Assembly: GCA_023957245.1 (NCBI GenBank)
Contig: JAMLHJ010000015.1
Coordinates: 4,542-68,541, forward strand
DNA from: Chitinophagales bacterium
GTDB taxonomy: Bacteria; Bacteroidota; Bacteroidia; Chitinophagales; JADIYW01
Reading direction: 5' to 3'
Length of the DNA stretch: 64,000 nucleotides
A program made the position numbers and the translations under genes. Positions 32,359 through 41,581 of this stretch are shown one piece after another (position 1 is the stretch's first letter; each line of letters begins with the position of its first letter). Below the pieces are notes generated by a model. It made no database searches. It had not been told where the DNA came from and was given only the letters and a program-made list of their open reading frames with translations.

Positions 32359-33510
32359 ATGGAATCTAATTCAACATCAGCATTTACTGAAGAAAAGAAT
32401 ACTTCAAAAAAGAAATACATATTTATCGCATTGATACTAGTTATTTTAACAGCTGGAATTTATTACGGATATAGCAAATACCAATTTGGTCAATCTCATC
32501 AAGAAACAGACAATGCACAAATCAATGGAGACATAGTGCCCGTTGTATCAAGAATACCTGGATTTGTAGATAATATATTAATCGAAGAAAACACTCCTAT
32601 ACGTCAAGGAGAAATTATTGTCAGGTTAGATGATAGAGAAATGCAAATCCGCCTAAAACAAGCTCAAGCAGGTTTGAATTCTACACAAAAAAATGTGGAT
32701 GTCACTAAATCTAGTTTAGGAATTTCTCAAGCAGGAGCCAAAGCTTCAAATGCAAATTTTAGTGCTATCAAACAAAATCTTCTTTCTGCAAAAGCTCAAA
32801 TTGATGGAGCTAAAATAAAGGTAGATGCAACTGAAAAAGAATTTAAAAGGTTTGCAAACCTTCTAGAACAAGGTGCTACAACTCAACAAGTTTATGATAG
32901 AATCAAAGCTGAAAGAGATGGTGCATTAGTTCAATATGAAGTAGCTAAAAACCAATATGAAGTACTATTAAAGCAAGTGGCTGCTGCTCAAGATCAGTTG
33001 TCTGTCAATCAAGAACAAGTCATTACAAGTTCAAGTCAAGTCAGTGCTGCTAATTCTGGTTTATCTCTAAGAGAATTAGATATTGAATTAATTCAATTAA
33101 ATCTTGCACATACTATAATTACTGCTCCTGTCAGTGGTATTATTTCTAAAAAGAATGTGCAATTAGGTCAGTTTATCCAACCAGGACAATCTTTATTTGC
33201 CATTATTAGTGATTCATCTTTATACATCACTGCCAATTTTAAAGAAACACAAATAGAAAATATGGAAATCGGACAATCTGCAACTATTACTTTAGATGCA
33301 TATCCAGATATTCCACTTGAAGGAAAAGTGGTTTCATTCTCTCCTGCTACTGGAGCCAAATTTTCATTGCTCCCTCCTGATAATGCAACAGGAAATTTTA
33401 CAAAAATTGTACAAAGAGTGCCTGTGAAAATATCAATCAACATACCTGAGTCATTGAAAAATAAACTCAAACCAGGATTGAGTGCAAAAGTGACTGTTCG
33501 CACTAAATAA
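32359..33510 (+). CDS. HlyD/EmrA-family membrane fusion protein
   Basis: ETDNAQ, ANFKETQ, FSLLPPDNATGNFTKIVQRVPV. Confidence 0.92.
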   Translation: MESNSTSAFTEEKNTSKKKYIFIALILVILTAGIYYGYSKYQFGQSHQETDNAQINGDIVPVVSRIPGFVDNILIEENTPIRQGEIIVRLDDREMQIRLKQAQAGLNSTQKNVDVTKSSLGISQAGAKASNANFSAIKQNLLSAKAQIDGAKIKVDATEKEFKRFANLLEQGATTQQVYDRIKAERDGALVQYEVAKNQYEVLLKQVAAAQDQLSVNQEQVITSSSQVSAANSGLSLRELDIELIQLNLAHTIITAPVSGIISKKNVQLGQFIQPGQSLFAIISDSSLYITANFKETQIENMEIGQSATITLDAYPDIPLEGKVVSFSPATGAKFSLLPPDNATGNFTKIVQRVPVKISINIPESLKNKLKPGLSAKVTVRTK

Positions 33511-33537
33511 TTTATTTTACAACAACACTTTAAAGCT

Positions 33538-35082
33538 GTGGAAACCAACCCTTTAAAAAGATGGATGATTACAATCACTGTAATAATGGCAACATTATTA
33601 GAGTTGATAGATACCACAATTGTCAATGTTTCACTACCTCAAATAATGGGTAATCTCGGTGCAACACTCAGCGAAGTGGGTTGGATTGTAACTGGATATG
33701 CAGTTGCCAACGTAATTATTCTCCCTATGTCAGCATGGTTGAGTTTAAGGTTTGGGAGAAAAAATTATTTCATGGCATCCATCACCGTATTCACAATTTC
33801 TTCTTTTTTCTGTGGAGAAGCATCATCAATAGAAATGCTTGTCTTTTTTAGAATTATTCAAGGATTAGCTGGTGGAGGATTGTTATCTACATCGCAAACA
33901 ATACTTGTAGAAACATGGCCTAAAGAACAAATAGGAATGGCTACTGCCTTATTTGGATTGGGTGTTGTCGTAGGCCCCACTATTGGTCCCACTATTGGAG
34001 GTTATATTACCTATCACCTCAATTGGTCTTGGATATTTTTTGTCAATATACCATTAGGAATTTTAGCACTTGCTATGTCCTATTATTTTATCAAAGCTAC
34101 TCCTGGCGAAAAGGAAAAAAGTATCGATTGGTGGGGAATTTTATTTCTTGCAATAGGTATCGGTAGTCTTCAGGTATTACTTGAAAAAGGAGAAGAGGAA
34201 AGCTGGTTAGAAAGCAATTTTATATTGACCTTAATCATGACTTCCACATTGGGTATCATCATTTTCATTTGGCGGGAATTGAGTATTGACAATCCTATCG
34301 TTAATTTTAAGGTATTGAAAGATAGAGATTTAGCAATTGGAATGGTCACCTCATTTATTTTGGGAGTAGGTCTATATGCTTCGGTATTTATTTATCCAAT
34401 ATTTGCACAAAATCTTTTAGGATTTACTTCATTGAAAACAGGAGAACTTTTATTCCCTGGAGGTTTGGCAACAATATTTATGATGCCTATAGTAGGTATA
34501 TTACTGAAAAGAAGATTTCCGCCACAAATATTAGCGACAATAGGATTTATCTTATTTTTTGTCTTTACCGAAATGCTGGCAAAGTCCACTTTACAAACAG
34601 GTGAAAATGACTTTTTCCTTCCTTTAATCATCAGAGGGATAGGTATGAGTCTATGTTTCGTACCTTTAACAAGCCTTGCATTATCTGGATTAGAGGGAAA
34701 AGATATAGCACAAGGTGCAGGTATCAATAATATGATGCGACAATTGGGTGGTTCTTTTGGAATAGCCATCATCACCACAATGATTAATAAGAGAGTAGCT
34801 TTTCATCGTGGGCATTTAGTAGAAAATATCAGTGATTATAATCCAGTTTCTGTAGAAAGATTTCAAATGCTATGGCAAGGAATAGTATCACGAGGTATTG
34901 ATGGTATTACAGCAAAAAGTATGACTTTAAAATCTTTAGATGGTATCGTTACACAACAAAGCTATCTTTTGGCATATATGGATGGATTTTATATAGTAGG
35001 CTTTTTTATGTTAATGGCTATTCCATTTATTTTCCTACATAGATTCAATAAAGAAATTAGGCTTCCGATGGATGCACACTAA
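33538..35082 (+). CDS. DHA2/EmrB-family MFS efflux permease
   Basis: IDTTIVNVSLP, WIVTGY, GPTIGPTIGG; many TM segments. Confidence 0.92.
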   Translation: METNPLKRWMITITVIMATLLELIDTTIVNVSLPQIMGNLGATLSEVGWIVTGYAVANVIILPMSAWLSLRFGRKNYFMASITVFTISSFFCGEASSIEMLVFFRIIQGLAGGGLLSTSQTILVETWPKEQIGMATALFGLGVVVGPTIGPTIGGYITYHLNWSWIFFVNIPLGILALAMSYYFIKATPGEKEKSIDWWGILFLAIGIGSLQVLLEKGEEESWLESNFILTLIMTSTLGIIIFIWRELSIDNPIVNFKVLKDRDLAIGMVTSFILGVGLYASVFIYPIFAQNLLGFTSLKTGELLFPGGLATIFMMPIVGILLKRRFPPQILATIGFILFFVFTEMLAKSTLQTGENDFFLPLIIRGIGMSLCFVPLTSLALSGLEGKDIAQGAGINNMMRQLGGSFGIAIITTMINKRVAFHRGHLVENISDYNPVSVERFQMLWQGIVSRGIDGITAKSMTLKSLDGIVTQQSYLLAYMDGFYIVGFFMLMAIPFIFLHRFNKEIRLPMDAH

Positions 35083-35089
35083 TTTCATC

Positions 35090-35821
35090 CTATTTATCTT
35101 TCTTAAAAGATTTCACATGCCATAAGTAGGCAAATTGAAGTTGGAAAGTAAATTGATGTTGATTTTGATTGATATACCCTATCCTATCTAATTTATAAAT
35201 ATCAAACAATCCAATATTTGTCCTAAATCCTGCATGTAAAAGACCAGGACCCAATGACACACTCATTCCTGCTCCTATTAATACACTCATATCAAATCTG
35301 GAAGTAGGCAATGGCAATGGTCGGTTATATATCAATTGTTCTGAGCTGGTAGCCACTACTTCTTTATTAACAAATTGAGTAGTCTGATCATAAATACCTG
35401 ATACATAAGAAGGTGCTATTCCTATTTCAAAAAACTCATTAAATTTTTGTGTTCCTAAAGATGTATGGAGCAATACTGGAAATTCTAAATAATGTAACCT
35501 TCTCTGATAGATGGTCAATGTATCTTTATACTCATTATTAAATCTTATACCTTTCAAGGAATAATTGGCTTCTATCATCAATCCTATATGTTGCCTAAAC
35601 CTTACCCATAGTGAAGTTCCAATATTGGGATTGAGTGCAAATTTTCCATCTTTACCATTAATAACAGTATTTCTTTGTTTAGCCCCTCCAAACCCAAATC
35701 TAAAACCTGAGTATAAGCGTATATTATCAGACCGAGTAGTACTATCTGCACTTTCTCCAAATACCATTATACATGGCAATAAAAACAAGAATGTAACAAT
35801 CCATTTTTTCATCAATTCCAA
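35090..35821 (-). CDS. Outer-membrane beta-barrel protein (PorT-like)
   Basis: Signal peptide, EANYSLKG, LHYLEFPVL, aromatic C-terminal strand. Confidence 0.65.
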   Translation of the reverse strand: MELMKKWIVTFLFLLPCIMVFGESADSTTRSDNIRLYSGFRFGFGGAKQRNTVINGKDGKFALNPNIGTSLWVRFRQHIGLMIEANYSLKGIRFNNEYKDTLTIYQRRLHYLEFPVLLHTSLGTQKFNEFFEIGIAPSYVSGIYDQTTQFVNKEVVATSSEQLIYNRPLPLPTSRFDMSVLIGAGMSVSLGPGLLHAGFRTNIGLFDIYKLDRIGYINQNQHQFTFQLQFAYLWHVKSFKKDK

Positions 35822-35954
35822 AGATACATTTAGTAATTGAGTAACAAAACTCTAATTTTATGTTAAATTCAAAAAAATAAATCAAAAAAATGAGTGCAAA
35901 TATTCAATCAGGCATTAGATTTGAATAGACTCAATAAAACTAAAAGTATTTTAT

Positions 35955-36356
35955 ATGAAAAAGCTAATGTTATCATTAACCCTGCTATTGTCAGTATTTG
36001 TAGTTGCTAACGCACAAACTGAGGCAGGTCCTTCTATTAAATGGGAAGCGACTACTATTGATTACGGTACTATCAACCAAGGTGCTGACGGAAGTAGAGA
36101 ATTTACCTTGACCAACACAGGTAATGCTCCATTAATTATTTCAAAAGCTACAGGATCTTGTGGATGTACTGTTCCTCAATGGCCGAAAGAACCTATCCTA
36201 CCTGGTCAAAAATCTTCTATCAAAGTTCATTATGACACTAACAGAATCGGTTCTTTTACTAAAACTGTAACTGTAGTTAGCAATGCAACTAACAATACTG
36301 ATGTATTACAAATCAAAGGTAATGTATTAGCTAAAGAAGGTGCTGCTGGTCAATAA
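35955..36356 (+). CDS. DUF1573-domain secreted protein
   Basis: FTLTNTGNAPLIIS...SCGCTVP..PKEPILPG. Confidence 0.88.
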   Translation: MKKLMLSLTLLLSVFVVANAQTEAGPSIKWEATTIDYGTINQGADGSREFTLTNTGNAPLIISKATGSCGCTVPQWPKEPILPGQKSSIKVHYDTNRIGSFTKTVTVVSNATNNTDVLQIKGNVLAKEGAAGQ

Positions 36357-36378
36357 TTTCTACACTTACATTATTCAT

Positions 36379-36409
36379 AAAAGCTACTCCTCAAAGGGTA
36401 GCTTTTTTT
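36379..36409. terminator. Bidirectional terminator between convergent genes
   Basis: AAAAGCTAC...GTAGCTTTT hairpin. Confidence 0.7.
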
Positions 36410-36824
36410 ATTGGCTATCTGGCTTGGAACTGGAATCAGGAAAAAGAAGTTCCATTAGCCATAGATAAATAACTCTCGATACTCTAAAAACTATAGGCCA
36501 TAATCCTACTAAAATAATCGAATTGGCTATCAAATAAGGAACAATCGGATCAAACCCGAAAAATAATAAATAGATAAGAAAATTCACTCCTGACAATGCC
36601 ACTCCTAGCCCATAACTCACATACATAGCTCCAAAATAAAAACCTGTTTCATTTTCAAAGTCTAGATGGCATCCACTACAATATCTATTCATCTTATCGT
36701 AATTATATAGATGATATGGATTGGGATCTTTAAACATTTCACCTTGCCCACATTGCGGACATCTCGCATGCCAGAGTATCTTAAAAATATTTCTTTGGGG
36801 AAATTTTTTATCTTTTTCTTCCAT
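36408..36824 (-). CDS. DUF983-family protein
   Basis: RCPQCGQG, CSGC, ETGFYFGAMYVSY. Confidence 0.8.
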   Translation of the reverse strand: MEEKDKKFPQRNIFKILWHARCPQCGQGEMFKDPNPYHLYNYDKMNRYCSGCHLDFENETGFYFGAMYVSYGLGVALSGVNFLIYLLFFGFDPIVPYLIANSIILVGLWPIVFRVSRVIYLWLMELLFPDSSSKPDSQ

Positions 36825-36863
36825 TAGTCATTTATACTTGCAATCAATAAAATAAGGCTTATT

Positions 36864-37835
36864 CTATGATTTTCTCAATTTAGCAAAATCTTTTGCGCCA
36901 TAAGAAATAACAATATCAGCACCAGCTCGCTTTATAGAAATCAATGTTTCTTCTAGGCTTTGATGATAATCCAACCAACCATTCTGAGCAGCAGCTTTCA
37001 ACATGGCATATTCTCCACTGACATGAAATGCTGCCAATGGAAGATTAGTCTGTTCTTTAATTCTGTGTATCACATCTAAATAGTGTAATGCAGGTGTAAC
37101 CATCAAAAAATCTACATCTTCTGCAATATCCAATTGGGCTTCTCTAATTGCCTCACGAATATTTGCTGGGTTTAATTGATAACATTTCTTAGAATTATTG
37201 TCAATATTAGATTCCATCAAATTTCTAAATGGTTGATAAAATGATGAAGCATATTTTACAGAATGTGCCATTATAGAAATATCTGAAAATCCTTGATCTT
37301 CAAGCACTTCACGAATATACCCCACACGCCCATCCATCATGTCTGAAGGAGCCAAAATGTCAATTCCTGCATCACATTGTGCCAATGAGATAGCCGCCAA
37401 TATAGGAAGTGTCCTATCATTATCAACTTTATTGTCAATGATGATACCATCAGCGCCAGTAGGATGATAAGTATTCAATGATACATCTCCAATCAAACAA
37501 GTTTCTGGAAACTCTTGCTTAATCATCCTTATTGCATGAAAGAAAAAATTTCTAGGATGATGACTATAAGAAGCATCATCATCTTTCAGGCTTTGTTCTA
37601 TAATAGGGAAAAGAATAAAATTTGTTAGATTCAACTTCAAACATTCTTCTACCTCACGCAGGATATTATCTAGACTGTATTGAAAAATTCCTGGAATAGC
37701 AGAAATAGATTTTTGAACATTATTAGCATCTGCTACAAAAAGAGGCTGCACCAATTGTTGCACAGAAAGCGATGTTTCGGCAACCATACTTCTTATTGAA
37801 GGAGTCAATCTATTTCTCCTAGGTCTAATAGGCAT
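36864..37835 (-). CDS. hemB: Porphobilinogen synthase homolog with an altered active site
   Basis: RPRRNR, APSDMMDGRVG, KYASSFY.PFR, HVSGEYAMLKAAA, IKRAGAD; MVKP is replaced by MVTP. Confidence 0.85.
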   Translation of the reverse strand: MPIRPRRNRLTPSIRSMVAETSLSVQQLVQPLFVADANNVQKSISAIPGIFQYSLDNILREVEECLKLNLTNFILFPIIEQSLKDDDASYSHHPRNFFFHAIRMIKQEFPETCLIGDVSLNTYHPTGADGIIIDNKVDNDRTLPILAAISLAQCDAGIDILAPSDMMDGRVGYIREVLEDQGFSDISIMAHSVKYASSFYQPFRNLMESNIDNNSKKCYQLNPANIREAIREAQLDIAEDVDFLMVTPALHYLDVIHRIKEQTNLPLAAFHVSGEYAMLKAAAQNGWLDYHQSLEETLISIKRAGADIVISYGAKDFAKLRKS

Positions 37836-38133
37836 AAAAAATCTTTCTTGTGCAAAGCTACATATAGATATGGAAAGAAAAAAAGAGCACCACACTTTTA
37901 AGGCTAACTAAACCTAAGAACATCAATATCCTCAATAAGAAATTGCTTATTAAAACATAAACATCTTAAAATTTGAGAAATAGGGTTCCATTTTATCAAT
38001 ACTCAATAAAAAATACGTCAAATGACGTATGAAAATTAATCAAAAAAGATTGAGCTTTAAATAATGAAAAAAACGAGTATCCCATTTCCCCACAATAGCC
38101 AAACCAATAAAAAAGTTTGCATGATTACAAAAG

Positions 38134-38262
38134 CTTTTTACTGATATCTCCTTCTACAATATAACAGATTATATTCTTTCATCACACTGTAGAGCAATAT
38201 CTAGAAAAGGAGAAAAAGTATCGTAAAAAGTAAAAGGAAGTTCCAAAAGAGCTTCCTTTTTT
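38134..38262 (+). ncRNA. Candidate structured non-coding RNA followed by a terminator hairpin
   Basis: Nested complementary segments and an AAAAGGAAG...CTTCCTTTTTT hairpin between divergent genes; family not recognised, strand uncertain. Confidence 0.35.
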
Positions 38263-38405
38263 CGTTATATCAATATAATATTCAGTTTATAAATGCAGGT
38301 AAAATAGCTTTAAGGAAGTAGTAAAATTTGTTTTCATAGAACTATTATAAAGTTTTAAAATTTTAATGGTATTAAACTTTATATTTGCCTTACAGAAAAT
38401 TTTAC

Positions 38406-39401
38406 ATGGAGAAGTTAATCACTTTAGACGAATTCATTATACAAAGTCAAAAAGAAGCCAAAGAAGCTACTGGCGAACTTTCAAGATTGCTTAGAGATAT
38501 CAGTGTAGCAGCAAAAATCATTAATAGAGATTTGAGTAAAGCAGGATTGGTAGAAAATATTTTAGGCGAGACGGGAGCGACAAACATACAAGGTGAGGAA
38601 GTCAAAAAGTTAGATGAATTTGCCAATACTATCTTCATTAAATATCTCAAAACCAGTGGAGAATGTTGCGGAATAGCTTCTGAGGAAGAAGATTCTTTTG
38701 TATCTTTTCATGATGAGCCTCAATGTCAAAATGCGAAGTACTTAGTATTATTTGACCCATTGGATGGTTCTTCAAATATTGATTGCAATGCATCTGTTGG
38801 TACAATTTTCTCAATTTATAGAAGAATATCTCCAATAGGAACACCATGTACAAATGCAGATTTCCTTCAAGAAGGCAACAAACAAGTAGCTTCTGGATAT
38901 GTCATTTATGGTTCATCTACTATGCTTGTTTACACTACAGGCAATGGAGTCAATGGCTTCACTTTAGATACAGCGATTGGAGAATTTTGCTTATCTCATC
39001 CCAACATCAAAACGCCATCAAAAGGAAAGATTTATTCAATTAATCAAGGCAATTATCATGACTTTAATAAAAATGTTCAAGATTATATTGATTTTTGCAT
39101 ATCCACTGATGAAGACAAAAAACCTTTGTCATTAAGATATATTGGTTCAATGGTTGCTGATTTTCATAGAAATTTATTGAAAGGAGGAATATTTATTTAC
39201 CCACTTAGTAAAAAATCAGGTAAAGGCAAATTGCGCTTGATGTATGAATGTAATCCAATGGCATTTATCCAAGAACAAGCTGGAGGAAGTGCTAGCACAG
39301 GAGAGATTCGCATTTTGGATGTTGTCCCCACTAAACTTCATCAAAGAGTACCGATATTTATTGGCTCCAAATCCAATGTAGAAAAAGCATTGAGTTATTA
39401 A
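38406..39401 (+). CDS. fbp: Fructose-1,6-bisphosphatase class 1
   Basis: [38 protein letters not shown]. Confidence 0.96.
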   Translation: MEKLITLDEFIIQSQKEAKEATGELSRLLRDISVAAKIINRDLSKAGLVENILGETGATNIQGEEVKKLDEFANTIFIKYLKTSGECCGIASEEEDSFVSFHDEPQCQNAKYLVLFDPLDGSSNIDCNASVGTIFSIYRRISPIGTPCTNADFLQEGNKQVASGYVIYGSSTMLVYTTGNGVNGFTLDTAIGEFCLSHPNIKTPSKGKIYSINQGNYHDFNKNVQDYIDFCISTDEDKKPLSLRYIGSMVADFHRNLLKGGIFIYPLSKKSGKGKLRLMYECNPMAFIQEQAGGSASTGEIRILDVVPTKLHQRVPIFIGSKSNVEKALSY

Positions 39402-39499
39402 GATTTTAGAATAGCTTTTACACTTCCATAAACTCTTTATCCTAAACTAGATTAGGGTATTCGTTTAGTTATGTATTTTAATGAATTTAGAGATGCTTA

Positions 39500-39880
39500 T
39501 CAGCATGAGCCAAGATAATCATTTTTGCGAGGAACGAAGCAATCTATATCTACTCATTACTTCATTAAACTCCGTGAACTTTGCGTAAAACTTAGCGTTC
39601 TTTGCGGTTAAATTTTGGATAGTATCAGCTATTTCTTCAAAACTCGACTTCGTCTCAAACAGTTGAAGAAATCACGCTTTCTTCGTATGCTGGGTACCCA
39701 GCATCAAAATCTATGGTGCAGGGCGCATACGCAATGTGTAATACTATCTATCACTTCGTGAACTTTGCGTAAAACTTAGCGTCCTTTGTAGTTGGTTTCG
39801 GCAGGTGGTTGCTGAGTCTTGTCGAAGCACTCAACCACCAGCATTTTTTATTCGTACTTCGTACCTCGAACTTTTTAATT
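39500..39880. repeat. Second mosaic cluster of palindromic repeats sharing modules with 6.9-7.8 kb
   Basis: TTCATTAAACTCCGTGAACTTTGCGTAAAACTTAGCG, GGTTTCGGCAGG...CTTGTCGAAGCACTCAACC.CCAGCA and TTCGTACTTCGTAC recur; lies between convergent genes. Confidence 0.8.
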
Positions 39881-39900
39881 TATATTTCACTTTTCACCTC

Positions 39901-40449
39901 TCACTTCTTCTGTGGAAAAGTACCTAAATGCGTCTTCTCTACACCATTCCTTTTGTCTTCAAAATATCTTTTCAGAGCAAAATAAGAAGAAGTGAATGCC
40001 ATATCATTCCAAGGAATTTGTTCTTCAGTAAATAAAGCTGTTTCTATACTTTCAGGTCCATTGGCATATTTGCCGTCTTTCAATTCGCCTAAAAAATGAA
40101 TATACACTTGGTTGGCTTGTGGAAGATTATATACAGCATGTACACCTTTCAAAATAAACTCAGCTCCTGCCTCCTCCATGACTTCACGAGCCGCTCCTTC
40201 TTCCGAAGTTTCACCATCTTCAAGATAACCTGCTGGCAAATTCCAATATCCAAAACGGGGTTCAATAGCTCGTTTACACAGAAGCACTTTATCTTCCCAG
40301 TAAACTAAAGCACCTGCTACTACTTTCGGATTGGTATAATGAATTGTTTTACAATTATCACAAACAAATCTTTTTCTATTATCACCTTCTACATCAATAA
40401 AGTGGACATCGGCGCCACAATTACAACAGTACTTCATCAATTGCATCAT
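39901..40449 (-). CDS. NUDIX hydrolase with N-terminal zinc ribbon
   Basis: CCNCG...CDNC; PAGYLEDGETSEEGAAREVMEEAG Nudix box. Confidence 0.9.
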   Translation of the reverse strand: MMQLMKYCCNCGADVHFIDVEGDNRKRFVCDNCKTIHYTNPKVVAGALVYWEDKVLLCKRAIEPRFGYWNLPAGYLEDGETSEEGAAREVMEEAGAEFILKGVHAVYNLPQANQVYIHFLGELKDGKYANGPESIETALFTEEQIPWNDMAFTSSYFALKRYFEDKRNGVEKTHLGTFPQKK

Positions 40450-40492
40450 CTCTTCTAAAATTAAGAAGAGACGATGACTTTTAATAATTTTA

Positions 40493-41581
40493 TCAGTATT
40501 TTAAAACAATATTACTAGGGAAATATCCCACGTTATATACGCCTTTAACTGTTTTATTCTTGAGATCAACTCTCAACATCTCCCCTTTCTGAGTACCATC
40601 AATAGCATCTAATACAATCAATTCATCTTTAAGCTCATCAATATGAAATCCATAAATATATCTTTTAGCACCACTAAACAATGCTTCTGTTGGTAATTCA
40701 GTAGCATTAATCGGCATTTGAAAAATATCAAATTGCGTATATGAACCAACAGCAGCCAAAGCGAAATAAATAGTGTTCTTAGATGAATTTAATCTTAACG
40801 GAGCACCAAAATAAGCTAAGCGACCAAAATCAAAAGTATTCTTAACTTTATAGTTTGCCCCATCAATTTTATACAATTTACCAGGAGCATTATTGCCCCA
40901 AAAGCCTGTGCAATACACCCAAATATCATTGTTATAATCTGTTTCTACGTCCACAGCACCTTCAGATAATTTAATGTATTTCTCAATTTTTTCTGTTTCC
41001 GGATCTATAATTAAAATACCTTGTTGATTATCAGCTGTATATTCAACAGATTGATTGACAGCCACTATCAACTTACCATTACTCAATAAAATATCTTCAG
41101 TAGAACCATTCACTTCAATAGTAGATTTTTTCTCGAATGTTTCTGAATTGATAATAGTAATCACATTGCTATACAAATCTGTAACAAATGCTTTATTCTT
41201 ATAAAATTCAATATTCTTAGGAGATACAAACCCTTCTATCGTCTTGATACTCTTCATAGAAGCACTATCTACCACTTCAATTTTTGCTGAATTATTGACA
41301 ACCAAATAGCCTTTGCCATTATTAAATTTCAAATTTTGAAACACATCACCTATCGGTCTAGTATTGATACGCTCAAATAAATCATTTGTAACTTCATTTT
41401 TGTCAAAATCAAAAAAGCTCAAACTAGAATTACCCATAGTAAAAGCACCTTCATTGATAATATAAAATCCTTTTGCAGATTTCAAACCATCTTCTTCATA
41501 GAAAACCTCTGTTTTCTTACAACTGGATAATAGGACAAAAAAGCCTAATACCCAAACTAAAATTGGACTATTTTTTTTCAT
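40493..41581 (-). CDS. BtuG-like beta-propeller surface lipoprotein (probable B12 capture)
   Basis: Lipobox LLSSC, INEGAF..GNSSLSF, GYLVVNNSAKIEV; follows a TonB receptor under a cobalamin riboswitch. Confidence 0.8.
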   Translation of the reverse strand: MKKNSPILVWVLGFFVLLSSCKKTEVFYEEDGLKSAKGFYIINEGAFTMGNSSLSFFDFDKNEVTNDLFERINTRPIGDVFQNLKFNNGKGYLVVNNSAKIEVVDSASMKSIKTIEGFVSPKNIEFYKNKAFVTDLYSNVITIINSETFEKKSTIEVNGSTEDILLSNGKLIVAVNQSVEYTADNQQGILIIDPETEKIEKYIKLSEGAVDVETDYNNDIWVYCTGFWGNNAPGKLYKIDGANYKVKNTFDFGRLAYFGAPLRLNSSKNTIYFALAAVGSYTQFDIFQMPINATELPTEALFSGAKRYIYGFHIDELKDELIVLDAIDGTQKGEMLRVDLKNKTVKGVYNVGYFPSNIVLKY

